Shown piece after piece: positions 9,668 through 19,490 of a stretch of DNA of 64,000 bases. The position numbers were made by a program, and so were the translations under genes. Numbering within the stretch: position 1 is the first letter of the stretch; every line of letters starts with the position of its first letter. The DNA is from Chitinophagaceae bacterium (lineage in GTDB: Bacteria > Bacteroidota > Bacteroidia > Chitinophagales > UBA10324), in NCBI GenBank assembly GCA_947469485.1, contig CANIPU010000003.1:132870-196869 (forward strand), written 5' to 3'. The notes under the pieces are model-generated. The model had not been told where the DNA came from, searched no databases, and saw only the letters and a list, made by a program, of their open reading frames with translations.

Positions 9668-10051
9668 TTATTGTTTGATATTATCTTTTTTAAAAAATCT
9701 GATGACAAAGAAAACGCCAATTACAATAAACGGTAGTGTGGAAGAAACCATTTTCAGATTAATGCTTAATGCTCCGGCCAATGCAATCATAAATACAAGC
9801 GCGCTCAACATTAAAAGACCGGTTAGTATAATTTTAGCAGAAGGCTTCTTTTGAAAAACTGAAATGATTAATAATAACTGACCAATAAACGGAAGAAGAA
9901 TTAACGGATGCTTAAATGATTCTGAAATGTTTTCAGTAGAAAAGAAAAATAAATACTCCATCTGAAAAATAAAATAATGCCTGCCTGTTCCCCACTCTAA
10001 ATAGCAGAGCAAAGAGGTGAGCAATATTCCGACACTAAACCAGCGCATCAT
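9668..10051 (-). CDS. Small integral membrane protein (about 4 TM)
   Basis: 127 aa, almost entirely hydrophobic helices. Same strand as the neighbouring genes. Confidence 0.45.
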   Translation of the reverse strand: MMRWFSVGILLTSLLCYLEWGTGRHYFIFQMEYLFFFSTENISESFKHPLILLPFIGQLLLIISVFQKKPSAKIILTGLLMLSALVFMIALAGALSINLKMVSSTLPFIVIGVFFVIRFFKKDNIKQ

Positions 10052-10086
10052 GCTTTCAAATGATTTTTTTCAGTTTTTAATTCCAT

Positions 10087-10923
10087 TTAAGGCAATTCAA
10101 TGTTCATTCCTTCGGCAGCAAGTTCGTATTTAAAAGAATAATTGAATCTGGATTCTAATTCGGTAAATAATTCATTGAGTTTATTATCTGTATGTTTCGG
10201 GTCATGATGAGCAAGTAGAAGATGTTTCACTCCCGCAATCTCTGCAAACCTTGTTGCATCATCCATACTGCTATGACCCCATCCTGGTTTTTTTATATAA
10301 TCAGTTGCTGTATACTGTGCATCGTGTAATAGCAGGTCTGAATTAAATGCAAGATCATAACCTGAAAGCCATTTTTTATCTGTTTGAAATTCTAAAGAGC
10401 CTAGAAAAGGTTCGTGATCAGGAATAAAAGTAAAAACAGAATTTTTTCCGGAAACCCGATAACCGACAGTTGGTCCCGGATGAATTACATAGCGAGAATC
10501 AATTTTAAAAGGACCAATTTCAAACCCGCTGTTTTCAACTTCATGCATTATCAGTTTACACTGTAAATCTCGAAAACTAACAGGAAATAGTGGTGGAGAG
10601 AAGTACCTGCTAAGTCGTGATTGCAGTGTTCCCGTATTGCTCTTTGGCCCCCAAATATGAACTTCAATATCCGTGTCAAAAAACGGATTAAAGAACCCCA
10701 ACCCCTGTATATGATCTAAATGAAGATGGGTTAATAGAATATCAACTCTTTTTATCGGAGTGTTTTCTAGAAGATTAAATTGTTGCAGACCAGAGCCTCC
10801 GTCCAATATCAGCATCCAATCACTTTCTGTAACAACAACACATGTTGTGTTTCCTCCATGCTGTTCATAATCAGAACCGGAAACCGGAATAGAACCTCGA
10901 ACACCTCTGATTGAAATTTTCAT
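10087..10923 (-). CDS. MBL-fold metallo-hydrolase
   Basis: HLHLDHIQG (HxHxDH zinc motif). 278 aa. Its start overlaps the stop of the upstream PAS gene by 4 nt. Confidence 0.8.
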   Translation of the reverse strand: MKISIRGVRGSIPVSGSDYEQHGGNTTCVVVTESDWMLILDGGSGLQQFNLLENTPIKRVDILLTHLHLDHIQGLGFFNPFFDTDIEVHIWGPKSNTGTLQSRLSRYFSPPLFPVSFRDLQCKLIMHEVENSGFEIGPFKIDSRYVIHPGPTVGYRVSGKNSVFTFIPDHEPFLGSLEFQTDKKWLSGYDLAFNSDLLLHDAQYTATDYIKKPGWGHSSMDDATRFAEIAGVKHLLLAHHDPKHTDNKLNELFTELESRFNYSFKYELAAEGMNIELP

Positions 10924-11315
10924 AAGTCTCTTGCTTCCCAGAATATTGCAACTGCACCTACAAAATCTCCCGACCGTCCGATAATTGGATAAGATGTAAC
11001 AGAAATTCTTTCTGATTTTCCGTTCATGCTTTCAATCCAGAAAGTTTTATGATATGGATATTTATCGCGAAGCGTTCTTACAAGTGGAAGACTTTCGGGA
11101 GGTAATAAGTTTCCATCATCGTCTTTCTGTTTAAAAATTGTACCCCATGTTTCCACTTTCATTTCACCGGTTTCTTCATATCGGGTACCTAGAATATTTT
11201 CAGCTGGACCATTGTAAAATATCAGATTACCAACTGTATCAGTAATAAACACAGGAACCGAAAGGCAGTCGGCCAATTGTCGGTTGAGAATAATCTCTAT
11301 TCCATATGAAGGCAT
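10920..11315 (-). CDS. Stand-alone PAS-domain protein
   Basis: 131 aa. VPVFITDTVGNLIFYNGPAENILG...ISVTSYPIIG...GAVAIFWE is a PAS-fold pattern. 4-nt overlap with the downstream MBL gene. Confidence 0.6.
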   Translation of the reverse strand: MPSYGIEIILNRQLADCLSVPVFITDTVGNLIFYNGPAENILGTRYEETGEMKVETWGTIFKQKDDDGNLLPPESLPLVRTLRDKYPYHKTFWIESMNGKSERISVTSYPIIGRSGDFVGAVAIFWEARDL

Positions 11316-11447
11316 GTGAGTGAATTTACTTGTGAATATTTCTGCTTAAAAATAAAAAGAATTATAAATGAAAGGAGAATTCTTTATATAAAAACGCCCA
11401 TAAAATTTTCAGGTATGGCAAAAAAATAAATAGTCATTCAGTAAATT

Positions 11448-12257
11448 TTAAAATATAAAATTTCTTTCACCTATAATTTTAATTTCATTTCCTACTTCAA
11501 TCATTTTTCCTGCTTCAGTTTCCGGTATATAGCAATTAACTGTTAGAAAATAATGATGACCATATTCATTTAACCTTGACCATTCCGGAAGACTGGCGTT
11601 TCGGTGTTTAGAAAAAAATTTGGGAAATGCATGAGTAACAATGCCGGTTTCGGGATTTCTTGTTGGAACCACACACCTTTCCCGAGGACTCACTCCAATT
11701 ATTGTTACATCACCTGCTTTGAATTCAATTCCGCGACCTTCTCTTGAGAACAAACGATCTTCCCAAAACGATGGAACACCAGTAATTTCCAGTGTTGCTC
11801 TAAATCGTTTTCTGACTTCATCCAGGTTCATGGCTTCATACCATTCTGATACTGACTCTAGGCTTGCAGTAGAAAGAACTGTTACCCCTGCTATATCCGG
11901 AATGTCTATGAAGCGGCCGGTTTTATTTTGATGAAGTAAAGTTGGAACACCGAAATAATCAGACAAGAAGGATTGTATTTCTGATTTTTCTTTTCGAAGA
12001 TGAAATTCATTCCAGCTTTCTTCATCTTGTTGTCGAAATGAAACGATTTCATTTTCTAAATCAAATGAAGTTCGAAGCCTGTGAACAAGCGGATTTGATT
12101 TTCCAACAATAAAATTTCCCATTTCATCACTGATCACATATTCCCGATCATGTAATAGACAGCTACCTTTAGAAACAGTTGCTTTTTCTAAATCTATTCC
12201 GTCCAATGATTTTATAGGATAAATTGTAATTCGATTTAGAACTGGTTTAGACTCCAT
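11448..12257 (-). CDS. MOSC domain-containing protein (N-terminal beta-barrel plus MOSC)
   Basis: ITIYPIKSLDG at the N-terminus and PRERCVVPTRNPETG (conserved MOSC cysteine) at the C-terminus. Confidence 0.8.
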   Translation of the reverse strand: MESKPVLNRITIYPIKSLDGIDLEKATVSKGSCLLHDREYVISDEMGNFIVGKSNPLVHRLRTSFDLENEIVSFRQQDEESWNEFHLRKEKSEIQSFLSDYFGVPTLLHQNKTGRFIDIPDIAGVTVLSTASLESVSEWYEAMNLDEVRKRFRATLEITGVPSFWEDRLFSREGRGIEFKAGDVTIIGVSPRERCVVPTRNPETGIVTHAFPKFFSKHRNASLPEWSRLNEYGHHYFLTVNCYIPETEAGKMIEVGNEIKIIGERNFIF

Positions 12258-12384
12258 AAATCATTTTACTTTCATATTGATATTATTCTTTGAAACCGAC
12301 TCTTAAAAAAGCAACAGAAGATTTAATTCAAATGTAACAGTTGCAACATTCTGTTTACATGTTTGAACACTTCAGTTAAATAAA

Positions 12385-12741
12385 TCACGAATGATAAACC
12401 CGTGAAGCAATGATCTTTCCGCTACTGAAAATAAGCACCTCCCCCACCCTTAAATCGTCTTCACCGGGAGTGCGGCGTATGTATTCCATAAAAACATGAT
12501 TGCCTTCTGCTGTGAGCTGTAATACCTGATAGTTTAATTGCGGCAATCGTTTAAATGCATCAACCCACCAATCTCGCAGGGCTGTTTTTCCTTTTATTAA
12601 TCCATTTGTTTCAGGCCGAAGTACTTTCAATTTAGGGCTGTAGTGTTCAGCGTTATCATCATATAAATTTATCAAGGCATTAATATCATGCGCATTAAAG
12701 GCATCGAACCATTGATTTGCTATTTTTTTTAATTCGTTCAT
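12385..12741 (-). CDS. NTF2-like / SnoaL-like (ketosteroid isomerase-like) protein
   Basis: 118 aa. WFDAFNAHDINALINLYDDNAEHYSP is the typical SnoaL-like N-terminal helix pattern. Confidence 0.65.
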   Translation of the reverse strand: MNELKKIANQWFDAFNAHDINALINLYDDNAEHYSPKLKVLRPETNGLIKGKTALRDWWVDAFKRLPQLNYQVLQLTAEGNHVFMEYIRRTPGEDDLRVGEVLIFSSGKIIASRVYHS

Positions 12742-12878
12742 TCTTGATTCAGGGTCAATTTAATTGAGTTTAACATCTATTTATAAATGTTCTTTAAGCA
12801 ATAACAGATATATAAGACGGCAACTAAAATTGGGTTACTTCAATAATCGAGTTAACAAAAAGGTATTTAAGCATTAAA

Positions 12879-13709
12879 TTAAAACAAATTCAACTGCACC
12901 ATTTCCTTCTTCACGGCAAGCGGAATGATTTCGCTTTTTGTGTGATGCGCAATTTCAAACACCGGAGATTCTTCATCGCGTGAAGCCACAATAATTTTTA
13001 CTTCGCCTGCATATTGATTAAAAAGTTGTTGCACAATATCAGGATGGTTATTGTTTTTCGAGAGATGCGATAACAACAAGTGACTCATGTACTTTGGCTT
13101 GTGTTTCACAAAAAGTTCGAGCGCCTGCGTATTGGATATGTGTCCGCTGCCTCCGCTGATTCTTTGTTTCAGTCTAAGTGGGTATGGACCTTCATGTAAA
13201 AGCTGCTCATCGTAATTGCTTTCGAGAAAACAAGCATGACATTGTTTAAAATAGTGAATCACCCTCTTACATGCAATGCCGATATCCGTAATCACTCCAG
13301 CCTTAATGCCTTGATGTTCAACCACAAAACTCACTGGATCTTGCGCATCATGATGTTTATCAAAAGGTGTAATAGTCAGATTTCCGATTTTTATTTTTTC
13401 GTTTACATTGAAATTGTGCACGAATGCTCTGTCGAGGTGTATGCCCGCATGTTTGTAGGTGCGTGGTTTTATGTAAACCGGTAAAAAATATTTCTTACTT
13501 ATTTGTGCTGCTCCTCGAATGTGATCTACATGTTCATGCGAAATAAAAATAGCTTTCACCTTTTCAATAGGCAGTTGAAGGCGACGCATGCGCGCCTCTA
13601 TTTCCTTGCACGAAATGCCAACATCAATTAATACTGCCTCGCTCTCGTTGCCGACATAGTAGCAATTTCCATTGCTGCCCGAATTGATAGAGGTTATGAA
13701 GAGCGACAT
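12879..13709 (-). CDS. MBL-fold metallo-hydrolase (YycJ-like)
   Basis: SGSNGNCYYV...ISHEHVDHIRG...HD...SHLS motif series. 276 aa. Confidence 0.8.
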   Translation of the reverse strand: MSLFITSINSGSNGNCYYVGNESEAVLIDVGISCKEIEARMRRLQLPIEKVKAIFISHEHVDHIRGAAQISKKYFLPVYIKPRTYKHAGIHLDRAFVHNFNVNEKIKIGNLTITPFDKHHDAQDPVSFVVEHQGIKAGVITDIGIACKRVIHYFKQCHACFLESNYDEQLLHEGPYPLRLKQRISGGSGHISNTQALELFVKHKPKYMSHLLLSHLSKNNNHPDIVQQLFNQYAGEVKIIVASRDEESPVFEIAHHTKSEIIPLAVKKEMVQLNLF

Positions 13710-13756
13710 AACACAAAGGAGTTAAAATATTTTCTGATTTTTATATTTATTTCTGA

Positions 13757-13791
13757 AATAAAAAGAGACCATCTTTTTGAGACGGTCTCTT
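13757..13791 (-). terminator. Rho-independent terminator of the 1039-aa surface protein gene
   Basis: Minus-strand RNA is AAGAGACCGUCUCAAAAAGAUGGUCUCUU followed by UUUAUUU. The stem is 8-11 bp (13763-13773 / 13781-13791) and lies 24 nt after the stop at 13815. Confidence 0.7.
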
Positions 13792-13814
13792 AAAAGTATA
13801 AATGCTTTTAAAAA

Positions 13815-16800
13815 TTATTTCGCTACTACTACTTTTTGTTTTGTGATGCCGTATTTATTCTGACCTACAATCACAAAAATTCCGTTGCTTAAATTATTAA
13901 TCACTTGAGTGAAATTATTTTCAGCAGACAATTTGAATGACATAACCAAATGTGCAGCTTCATCCATAACATAATATTCACCCGCCTTCTCTCCTTTAAC
14001 GGTGAAACTGCCGGTATTCGGATTTGGATAAACCGATAACATTATTGTTTTAGGAATTGAACTGCTTACTGTTCCATTTTCTTCCGGGTTAAATGCTGAG
14101 GCGCCATGTGCTCCAATTACAAGTGTATAATCCTCCACTTCACCGTAAGTAGATGTTCCGCATGAGGTTGTATTAACACCTGTATTTGAATCTGTCAAAC
14201 GAATTCTCATTCTCACTGAACCTGAAACCGCAGATGCGGGAGGCGTGATAGAAGTTGTAAACGGACCTGAACCTACCGGAGAAGTATAAACAGTTTCTCC
14301 TGCATCGGTAAATACTCCGTTGTTATTCCAGTCGCAGAAGACAACAAAAATGTTAGTGCTATAAGAGCTTCCTGTTCTAAGAGTAATTGAAGTGGCAACA
14401 CCAACCGTTACATTGGTTGATAATGAAGTATAATTTGAATAAGTTGTTGCTCCGGTAGTATTTGCTATGCTGCCCATTGTAACTTTTCTGATATATTGGT
14501 GGGTGGTGTTTGTAGAACCGGCAGTACAGAAGGTTATTGCACCAGTTACCGTCATTGTAATTGAATTGCTGGTTGCGGCAACAGGATTGGCACATGGTGC
14601 ATTAGAAGTCAAAATACAGGAAACAACATTTCCGTTAACAAGCGATGTGGTTGTATAGGTTGCAGAGTTGGTTCCAATATTTGTGGCTCCAATTTTCCAT
14701 TGATAGGATGGAGTGGTTCCGCCATTGTTTGGTGTAGCTGTAAATGTCACTGATGCACCAGCGGCAGTTGGGTTGGTGCCAGATGTTATGGCAATAGATA
14801 CTGAAGGTGCAACCGATGCTGATATCTGAATGGTAATACTGTTACTTGTTGCACTTATAGGGCTTGCGCATGAAAGGCTTGAAGTCATAACACAACCGAC
14901 AACCTGTGAATTAGTAAGTGAAGAGGATGAATAAGTTGCTGTAGTAACACCCGTGCTAATTCCATCTACTCGCCAATCATAAGAAGGAGTTGTTCCTCCG
15001 TTTGTTGGAGTAGCAGTAAATGTTTTTGAATCACTTGCACAAGAAGGATTACTGCCTGTTGTAAGCGCAATGGAAACCAAAGGCGCAACTGCAGAGTTAA
15101 TGGTCATTGTAATAGAATTTGAGGTAGCAGGATTTCCTGTTACACCTGATAGGTTAGATGTCATTATACATGTAACCGCTTGTCCATTGGTTATGCTTGA
15201 AGTAGTAAAGGTTGATGAATTTGTTCCTGCATTCACTCCCGCTACCTGCCATTGATAAACAGGAGTTGTTCCACCGTTTGTTGGCGTGGCTGTAAATGTT
15301 ACAGATGACCCTGTGCATGTTGGATTGGTACCTGCAGTTTGTGAAATTGAAACACCCGCAACCAGCGAGCAGCCAGGAATCTGATAAGAAAAAATTCGTG
15401 TGCGCGAAGCGCTTGAACCGGTTGAACCACCCATGTATTCACTCGTGCTCCAGAATGTAACACCATCAGGATCGAGAGTGGTTTGTGAATAATCTCCCAC
15501 GCGATTAATTCCTGTTTGAGATCCCGTACCGGCAATTACCAATGTTTCTGTAACAGGTAAGGTACCAAGTGGATCACAGCTTCTTCTGCCGGTGTAATAC
15601 AATCCAGGATAAAGTGAAGTTGCATTCGATTTGATATAACTGATACCAATTGAACCATTGTTATCCATTGCCATTGTACCCATCCATCTTGTATCAGCAT
15701 CGGGTGCATAAATGCCTTCCTGATACATGCTCCACACACCGCTTGATTGATTCTGCCGAAGCTCACACCATTTAATGCTGCGTGTGGTCGTGTTAATTTT
15801 TACTGCCCAGTTTAATACCATTGTATTGTATCCGCTCCACGATTTCCATTGCGCACGATACATACACACACCACCAATTCCATCTAACTTCTGAGTGGTT
15901 CCAGGTTGTGGGCAATCGTTCCAGCTTGAATTATAAGATGCATCAAATGCAGTGGTTGCAATATTTGTAGCTAAAGTAATTGAGCCTGTTGGTGTTGCAC
16001 CCCAGGTTACTGCCATGTTGTAAATGTTTACTGCATCAGAATAACCAGTCCCCCATCCATTATCAGAATAAGAAACAATCGGACAAGGAGCGCCAACTGC
16101 TGGTAAAGTACCATCAGCAGCATCGCCCGGAAGCGGAACAAAAAATCCTGCTTTTGGTGGAGAATAATTTACATAGATAGAACGCGCCCCGGGAGTACCT
16201 GCAAGCATGGCAGCTCTTTCAAAACAAAAAACTTTTTGTGTGCTTTGATTTGAAGTCATGTAATATCCATCAGCCCAAACACTGAATTTCAGATAATCGG
16301 GAAATTGTGATGAAACATATGTGTAAGTATAATATGAACCGGTCGGGTCGTTTGTAGTAGATACCGCGATATAAATTTTCTTGTCCTGACTTGTTCCGAA
16401 TTGTGCAAGAAACCAACGGTCGGCTGCTTTATCATACATAACAATAGGGTCTCCTGAATTTCCTACGGCAGGACTCCATAAATTTCCCAATGTAGCAGTG
16501 AGCACAACCGCCATTGTTGATTTAGTGTAAACTTTAAATGTGGTTGAGTTAATCATTTGAATGTAATGATTAGGTCCAACGGCTCCTGACGGATCAAACG
16601 GACGGAAGCCAGATGCAGTTTGCCCTGCAACATTTGCTTTGGTTCCATCGCTTGTAACATCACCCATTGTTTTCTGAATATTTCCAAGGTCGTTACCATA
16701 CTGTGGACCATCGTTTACTGTGAAAGGAAACTTTGCAGCAACACGATTGTCGCGGTCACGCGATTCTTTCTCGCTGTAAATTTTGTTTTCATCTACTGGA

Positions 16801-16934
16801 TTCTCTGCGAATATTTCACGCAGGGGTCTGGTAACATGAAATTCAGAAGCAGTAATAACTCCGGTTGTATTGTTCTGTGCGAACAATTGACTGAACGAAG
16901 CCAACATTAAAAAGGAGAGAAAAATTTTCTTCAT
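13815..16934 (-). CDS. Large T9SS-secreted multidomain surface protein (unknown ~500-aa N-domain, 3 tandem Ig-like repeats, GEVED domain, T9SS CTD)
   Basis: Signal peptide MKKIFLSFLMLASFSQLFAQ. Three ~92-aa repeats share TFTATPxNGGTTPxYxW...SNSITM. YGEVEDYTLVI is the GEVED signature. C-terminal VYPNPNTGSFTV...GIFVIV...KVVVAK is a T9SS CTD. Confidence 0.8.
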   Translation of the reverse strand: MKKIFLSFLMLASFSQLFAQNNTTGVITASEFHVTRPLREIFAENPVDENKIYSEKESRDRDNRVAAKFPFTVNDGPQYGNDLGNIQKTMGDVTSDGTKANVAGQTASGFRPFDPSGAVGPNHYIQMINSTTFKVYTKSTMAVVLTATLGNLWSPAVGNSGDPIVMYDKAADRWFLAQFGTSQDKKIYIAVSTTNDPTGSYYTYTYVSSQFPDYLKFSVWADGYYMTSNQSTQKVFCFERAAMLAGTPGARSIYVNYSPPKAGFFVPLPGDAADGTLPAVGAPCPIVSYSDNGWGTGYSDAVNIYNMAVTWGATPTGSITLATNIATTAFDASYNSSWNDCPQPGTTQKLDGIGGVCMYRAQWKSWSGYNTMVLNWAVKINTTTRSIKWCELRQNQSSGVWSMYQEGIYAPDADTRWMGTMAMDNNGSIGISYIKSNATSLYPGLYYTGRRSCDPLGTLPVTETLVIAGTGSQTGINRVGDYSQTTLDPDGVTFWSTSEYMGGSTGSSASRTRIFSYQIPGCSLVAGVSISQTAGTNPTCTGSSVTFTATPTNGGTTPVYQWQVAGVNAGTNSSTFTTSSITNGQAVTCIMTSNLSGVTGNPATSNSITMTINSAVAPLVSIALTTGSNPSCASDSKTFTATPTNGGTTPSYDWRVDGISTGVTTATYSSSSLTNSQVVGCVMTSSLSCASPISATSNSITIQISASVAPSVSIAITSGTNPTAAGASVTFTATPNNGGTTPSYQWKIGATNIGTNSATYTTTSLVNGNVVSCILTSNAPCANPVAATSNSITMTVTGAITFCTAGSTNTTHQYIRKVTMGSIANTTGATTYSNYTSLSTNVTVGVATSITLRTGSSYSTNIFVVFCDWNNNGVFTDAGETVYTSPVGSGPFTTSITPPASAVSGSVRMRIRLTDSNTGVNTTSCGTSTYGEVEDYTLVIGAHGASAFNPEENGTVSSSIPKTIMLSVYPNPNTGSFTVKGEKAGEYYVMDEAAHLVMSFKLSAENNFTQVINNLSNGIFVIVGQNKYGITKQKVVVAK
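14540..15375 (-). repeat. Three tandem ~276-bp coding repeats (Ig-like domains) inside the surface protein gene
   Basis: Protein-level repeats are VSISQTAGTNPTCTGSSVTFTATPTNGGTTPVYQWQV..., LVSIALTTGSNPSCASDSKTFTATPTNGGTTPSYDWRV... and SVSIAITSGTNPTAAGASVTFTATPNNGGTTPSYQWKI.... Boundaries are approximate. Confidence 0.7.
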
Positions 16935-17098
16935 GATTAAGTATGATTAGTTAATTGTTTGAGAGAAATGATTTTTACTAATAGTAATATTAGAATTTAT
17001 TTTGGAATGCCTGCATCAACAAAATAAATATTTTATAAAGGGTATCAATGTTGTAATGTAGTATGAACTAAACTGTTTAAGGTAATGAACTATTAAAA

Positions 17099-18727
17099 TT
17101 AAACGCCACGCTCGCTGCAAATTTTGTTCAGCCATTTTACGATCAGAAAAATAATAAATGCTGTAGTGAGTGCCAGACAAAAATTTACGAGAAAGAAATT
17201 GTACTTGTGCTCATATCCATCCCACATGGATGCAAGCACTCCACTGAATTTTACTCCCAGTGAAATAGACAAAAACCATCCACCCATCATGAGCGCGGTT
17301 AATCGCGGTGGACTCAGTTTCGATACCAACGATAATGCCATCGGGCTTAAACACAATTCGCCGAATGTAATAACACAGTAACTTCCGATGAGCCACAGCA
17401 TGGAACTTTTTTCCATTCCGTTGTTTGAATAAATTGCGGCAGCAATCATCACTACCATTGATAAAGCGGTGATGAATAAACCAAAAAATATTTTCCAGGG
17501 AGTGGTTGGTTCTTTTTTTCTTCTTCTTAAAAATGAAAAGAATGCAATAACAACTGGTGTGAGTATGACCACAAAAAACGGATTAACCGATTGAAATATT
17601 TCGGTGGAAATAAGCTTAGCTGTTTCTCCTTCAGAAGGTTTTTCTGTTGCAGGCATGTTTTTAAAGTAAGCCGGATAATCAAGTGTTTTTATAATTTTTC
17701 CGCTATCATCTTTCTGCACCCTGAATTGTTCGTCGGTCAGGTTTACCGAATCCATTTTCATTTCAACGGTTTGCACCATGCCCAATGTTTTTGCTGGTGC
17801 TTCAAATTGTTCGCTGATATTTCTGTTCGTATAATTCTCGGCCCAAATGGTCATGGCCGTTCCGTTTTGTTTAAACACGGCCCAGAAAATTATGGATACT
17901 GCAAACACCGCCAACAATGCCGCCAAGGGTTTGCGGTCTTCAGTATTAGAACGGATTAACAGAGAAGCATAAAATGCAACAACAGGTATAGCTCCGAAAA
18001 TAAACGCGTCGGTTGAATCGCTTCCGAAAATATTGCCCGGAAGAATCCACCCGATGTAACCGACTATCAGCGCTGGCAGTAATACAATGCCGAAAATTTT
18101 TCCGAGCGACAGGTCTTCGGGCTTCGCAGGTTTTATAACATCGGCATGGGCATAGTGTTTATTTCCCAACCAAAAAATTGCAACACCAACAAACATTCCG
18201 ATTCCCGCTGCGGCGAATGCATGACCCCATGAAAAATTATTGCGCAGATAGGCAGCAAAAAAATTGCAGATGAATGCGCCGATGTTAATGCCCATGTAAA
18301 AAATATTGTAGCCGGTATCTTTCAGCGCCTTGTATTTTTCATCGTTGTAAACATTACCAAGAATGGTGGAAATGTTTGGTTTGAAAAATCCGTTTCCGAT
18401 AATGATTAACAAAAGTGAAATGTAAAAAGCCGAAAGCCCGGGTAGCGCCAAACCGCAATAACCGCAACCCATTAATATGCCGCCGATGGTTATTGATAAA
18501 CGATAACCCATAATTCTATCGGCAAGCAATCCGCCAATGAACGGAGTGAGATAAACAAGAGCAATGAAAGTTCCGAAAACATCGGATGCTTCTTTCCGCT
18601 CGAAACCCATTCCGCCTTTTTCAGAATCGTTCATGTACAAAAAGAAAATTCCGAGCATTAAATAAAATCCGAATCGTTCCCACATTTCAGACAAGAACAG
18701 GAAGGGCAGTGCTTTTGGATGTTTCAT
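17099..18727 (-). CDS. Proton-dependent oligopeptide transporter (POT/PTR2 family di-/tripeptide permease)
   Basis: FLSEMWERFGFYLMLGIFFLYM (ExxERFxYY PTR2 signature), GGLLADR, FKPNISTILG. 542 aa, multi-TM. Confidence 0.9.
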   Translation of the reverse strand: MKHPKALPFLFLSEMWERFGFYLMLGIFFLYMNDSEKGGMGFERKEASDVFGTFIALVYLTPFIGGLLADRIMGYRLSITIGGILMGCGYCGLALPGLSAFYISLLLIIIGNGFFKPNISTILGNVYNDEKYKALKDTGYNIFYMGINIGAFICNFFAAYLRNNFSWGHAFAAAGIGMFVGVAIFWLGNKHYAHADVIKPAKPEDLSLGKIFGIVLLPALIVGYIGWILPGNIFGSDSTDAFIFGAIPVVAFYASLLIRSNTEDRKPLAALLAVFAVSIIFWAVFKQNGTAMTIWAENYTNRNISEQFEAPAKTLGMVQTVEMKMDSVNLTDEQFRVQKDDSGKIIKTLDYPAYFKNMPATEKPSEGETAKLISTEIFQSVNPFFVVILTPVVIAFFSFLRRRKKEPTTPWKIFFGLFITALSMVVMIAAAIYSNNGMEKSSMLWLIGSYCVITFGELCLSPMALSLVSKLSPPRLTALMMGGWFLSISLGVKFSGVLASMWDGYEHKYNFFLVNFCLALTTAFIIFLIVKWLNKICSERGV

Positions 18728-18919
18728 TTAATCTATGATTTATATTTCAGAATTGAATATTAAAATTAATTGACAAAAAATGTTTAAAATTTCTTAACAA
18801 TTTTTTAGTTGCGTGAAAAATCAGTTTGATTTAAAAATATTCTGATCTGATGAAACCGATAACACGAGTAACTTTAAATATGCGTGGAAACAGAAACCCC
18901 AAAAATTATTTCATCAGGT

Positions 18920-18927
18920 TAAGTTTG
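18920..18927 (+). promoter_or_regulatory. Bacteroidota-type -7 promoter box (TAAGTTTG)
   Basis: Exact TAnnTTTG match 27 nt upstream of ATG 18954. Confidence 0.35.
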
Positions 18928-18953
18928 CAATTAATAAAAAAACAACTCAACAC

Positions 18954-19367
18954 ATGTGGTGGATATTCGCTTTGCTCTCTGCTCTTTTTGCCGCACTCAC
19001 TGCGGTGTTTGCCAAGGTCGGAATTAAAAATGTAAATACTGATCTGGCTATTGCCATCCGCACTTCGGTTATTATAGTAATGGTATGGGCCATTGCTTAC
19101 TTCCGCGGCGGCACCAATACTTTTCATCTGCTCACGCGCAATAATTTATTTTTTCTCACGCTGTCGGGTATTACAACCGGACTATCGTGGGTATTTTATT
19201 TCAAGGCACTGCAATTAGGAAATGTATCGCAGGTGGCACCGGTAGATAAACTGAGTCTTGCGCTGGTAATTATTTTCTCCGTTGTTTTTTTAGGTGAGAC
19301 GCTCACACTCAAAACCGCAATTGGAGCTGCGTGTGTAATTGCAGGCACTTTGGTGCTGGTGTTATAA
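18954..19367 (+). CDS. Small EamA/DMT-superfamily transporter (single EamA domain, 4-5 TM)
   Basis: 137 aa. MWWIFALLSALFAALTAVFAKVGIK...LSWVFYFKALQLGNVSQVAPVDKLSL is the EamA-like pattern. Confidence 0.7.
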   Translation: MWWIFALLSALFAALTAVFAKVGIKNVNTDLAIAIRTSVIIVMVWAIAYFRGGTNTFHLLTRNNLFFLTLSGITTGLSWVFYFKALQLGNVSQVAPVDKLSLALVIIFSVVFLGETLTLKTAIGAACVIAGTLVLVL

Positions 19368-19381
19368 TTGCGATAAGCAAT

Positions 19382-19427
19382 AAAAGGAAGTAGAATAAAC
19401 CGGCTCTGATTTTTATCACTTCCTTTT
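19382..19427 (+). terminator. Hairpin downstream of the EamA gene (possible terminator)
   Basis: AAAAGGAAGT (19382-19391) pairs with ACTTCCTTTT (19418-19427): a 10-bp stem with a 26-nt loop. The U-tract is only partial, inside the 3' arm. Confidence 0.35.
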
Positions 19428-19490
19428 GCCGAATTAAAAACTTAAATTGCATTGACACGGAGATATTTATTCAACTTAAAAAACAAGTCA

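Noticed and set aside
14540-15375. Regularly spaced ~276-bp repeats that could be mistaken for a repeat array or CRISPR-like structure.
   Set aside because: They lie in-frame inside a 1039-aa ORF and encode three Ig-like domains. The repeat length and the absence of unique spacers are incompatible with CRISPR.
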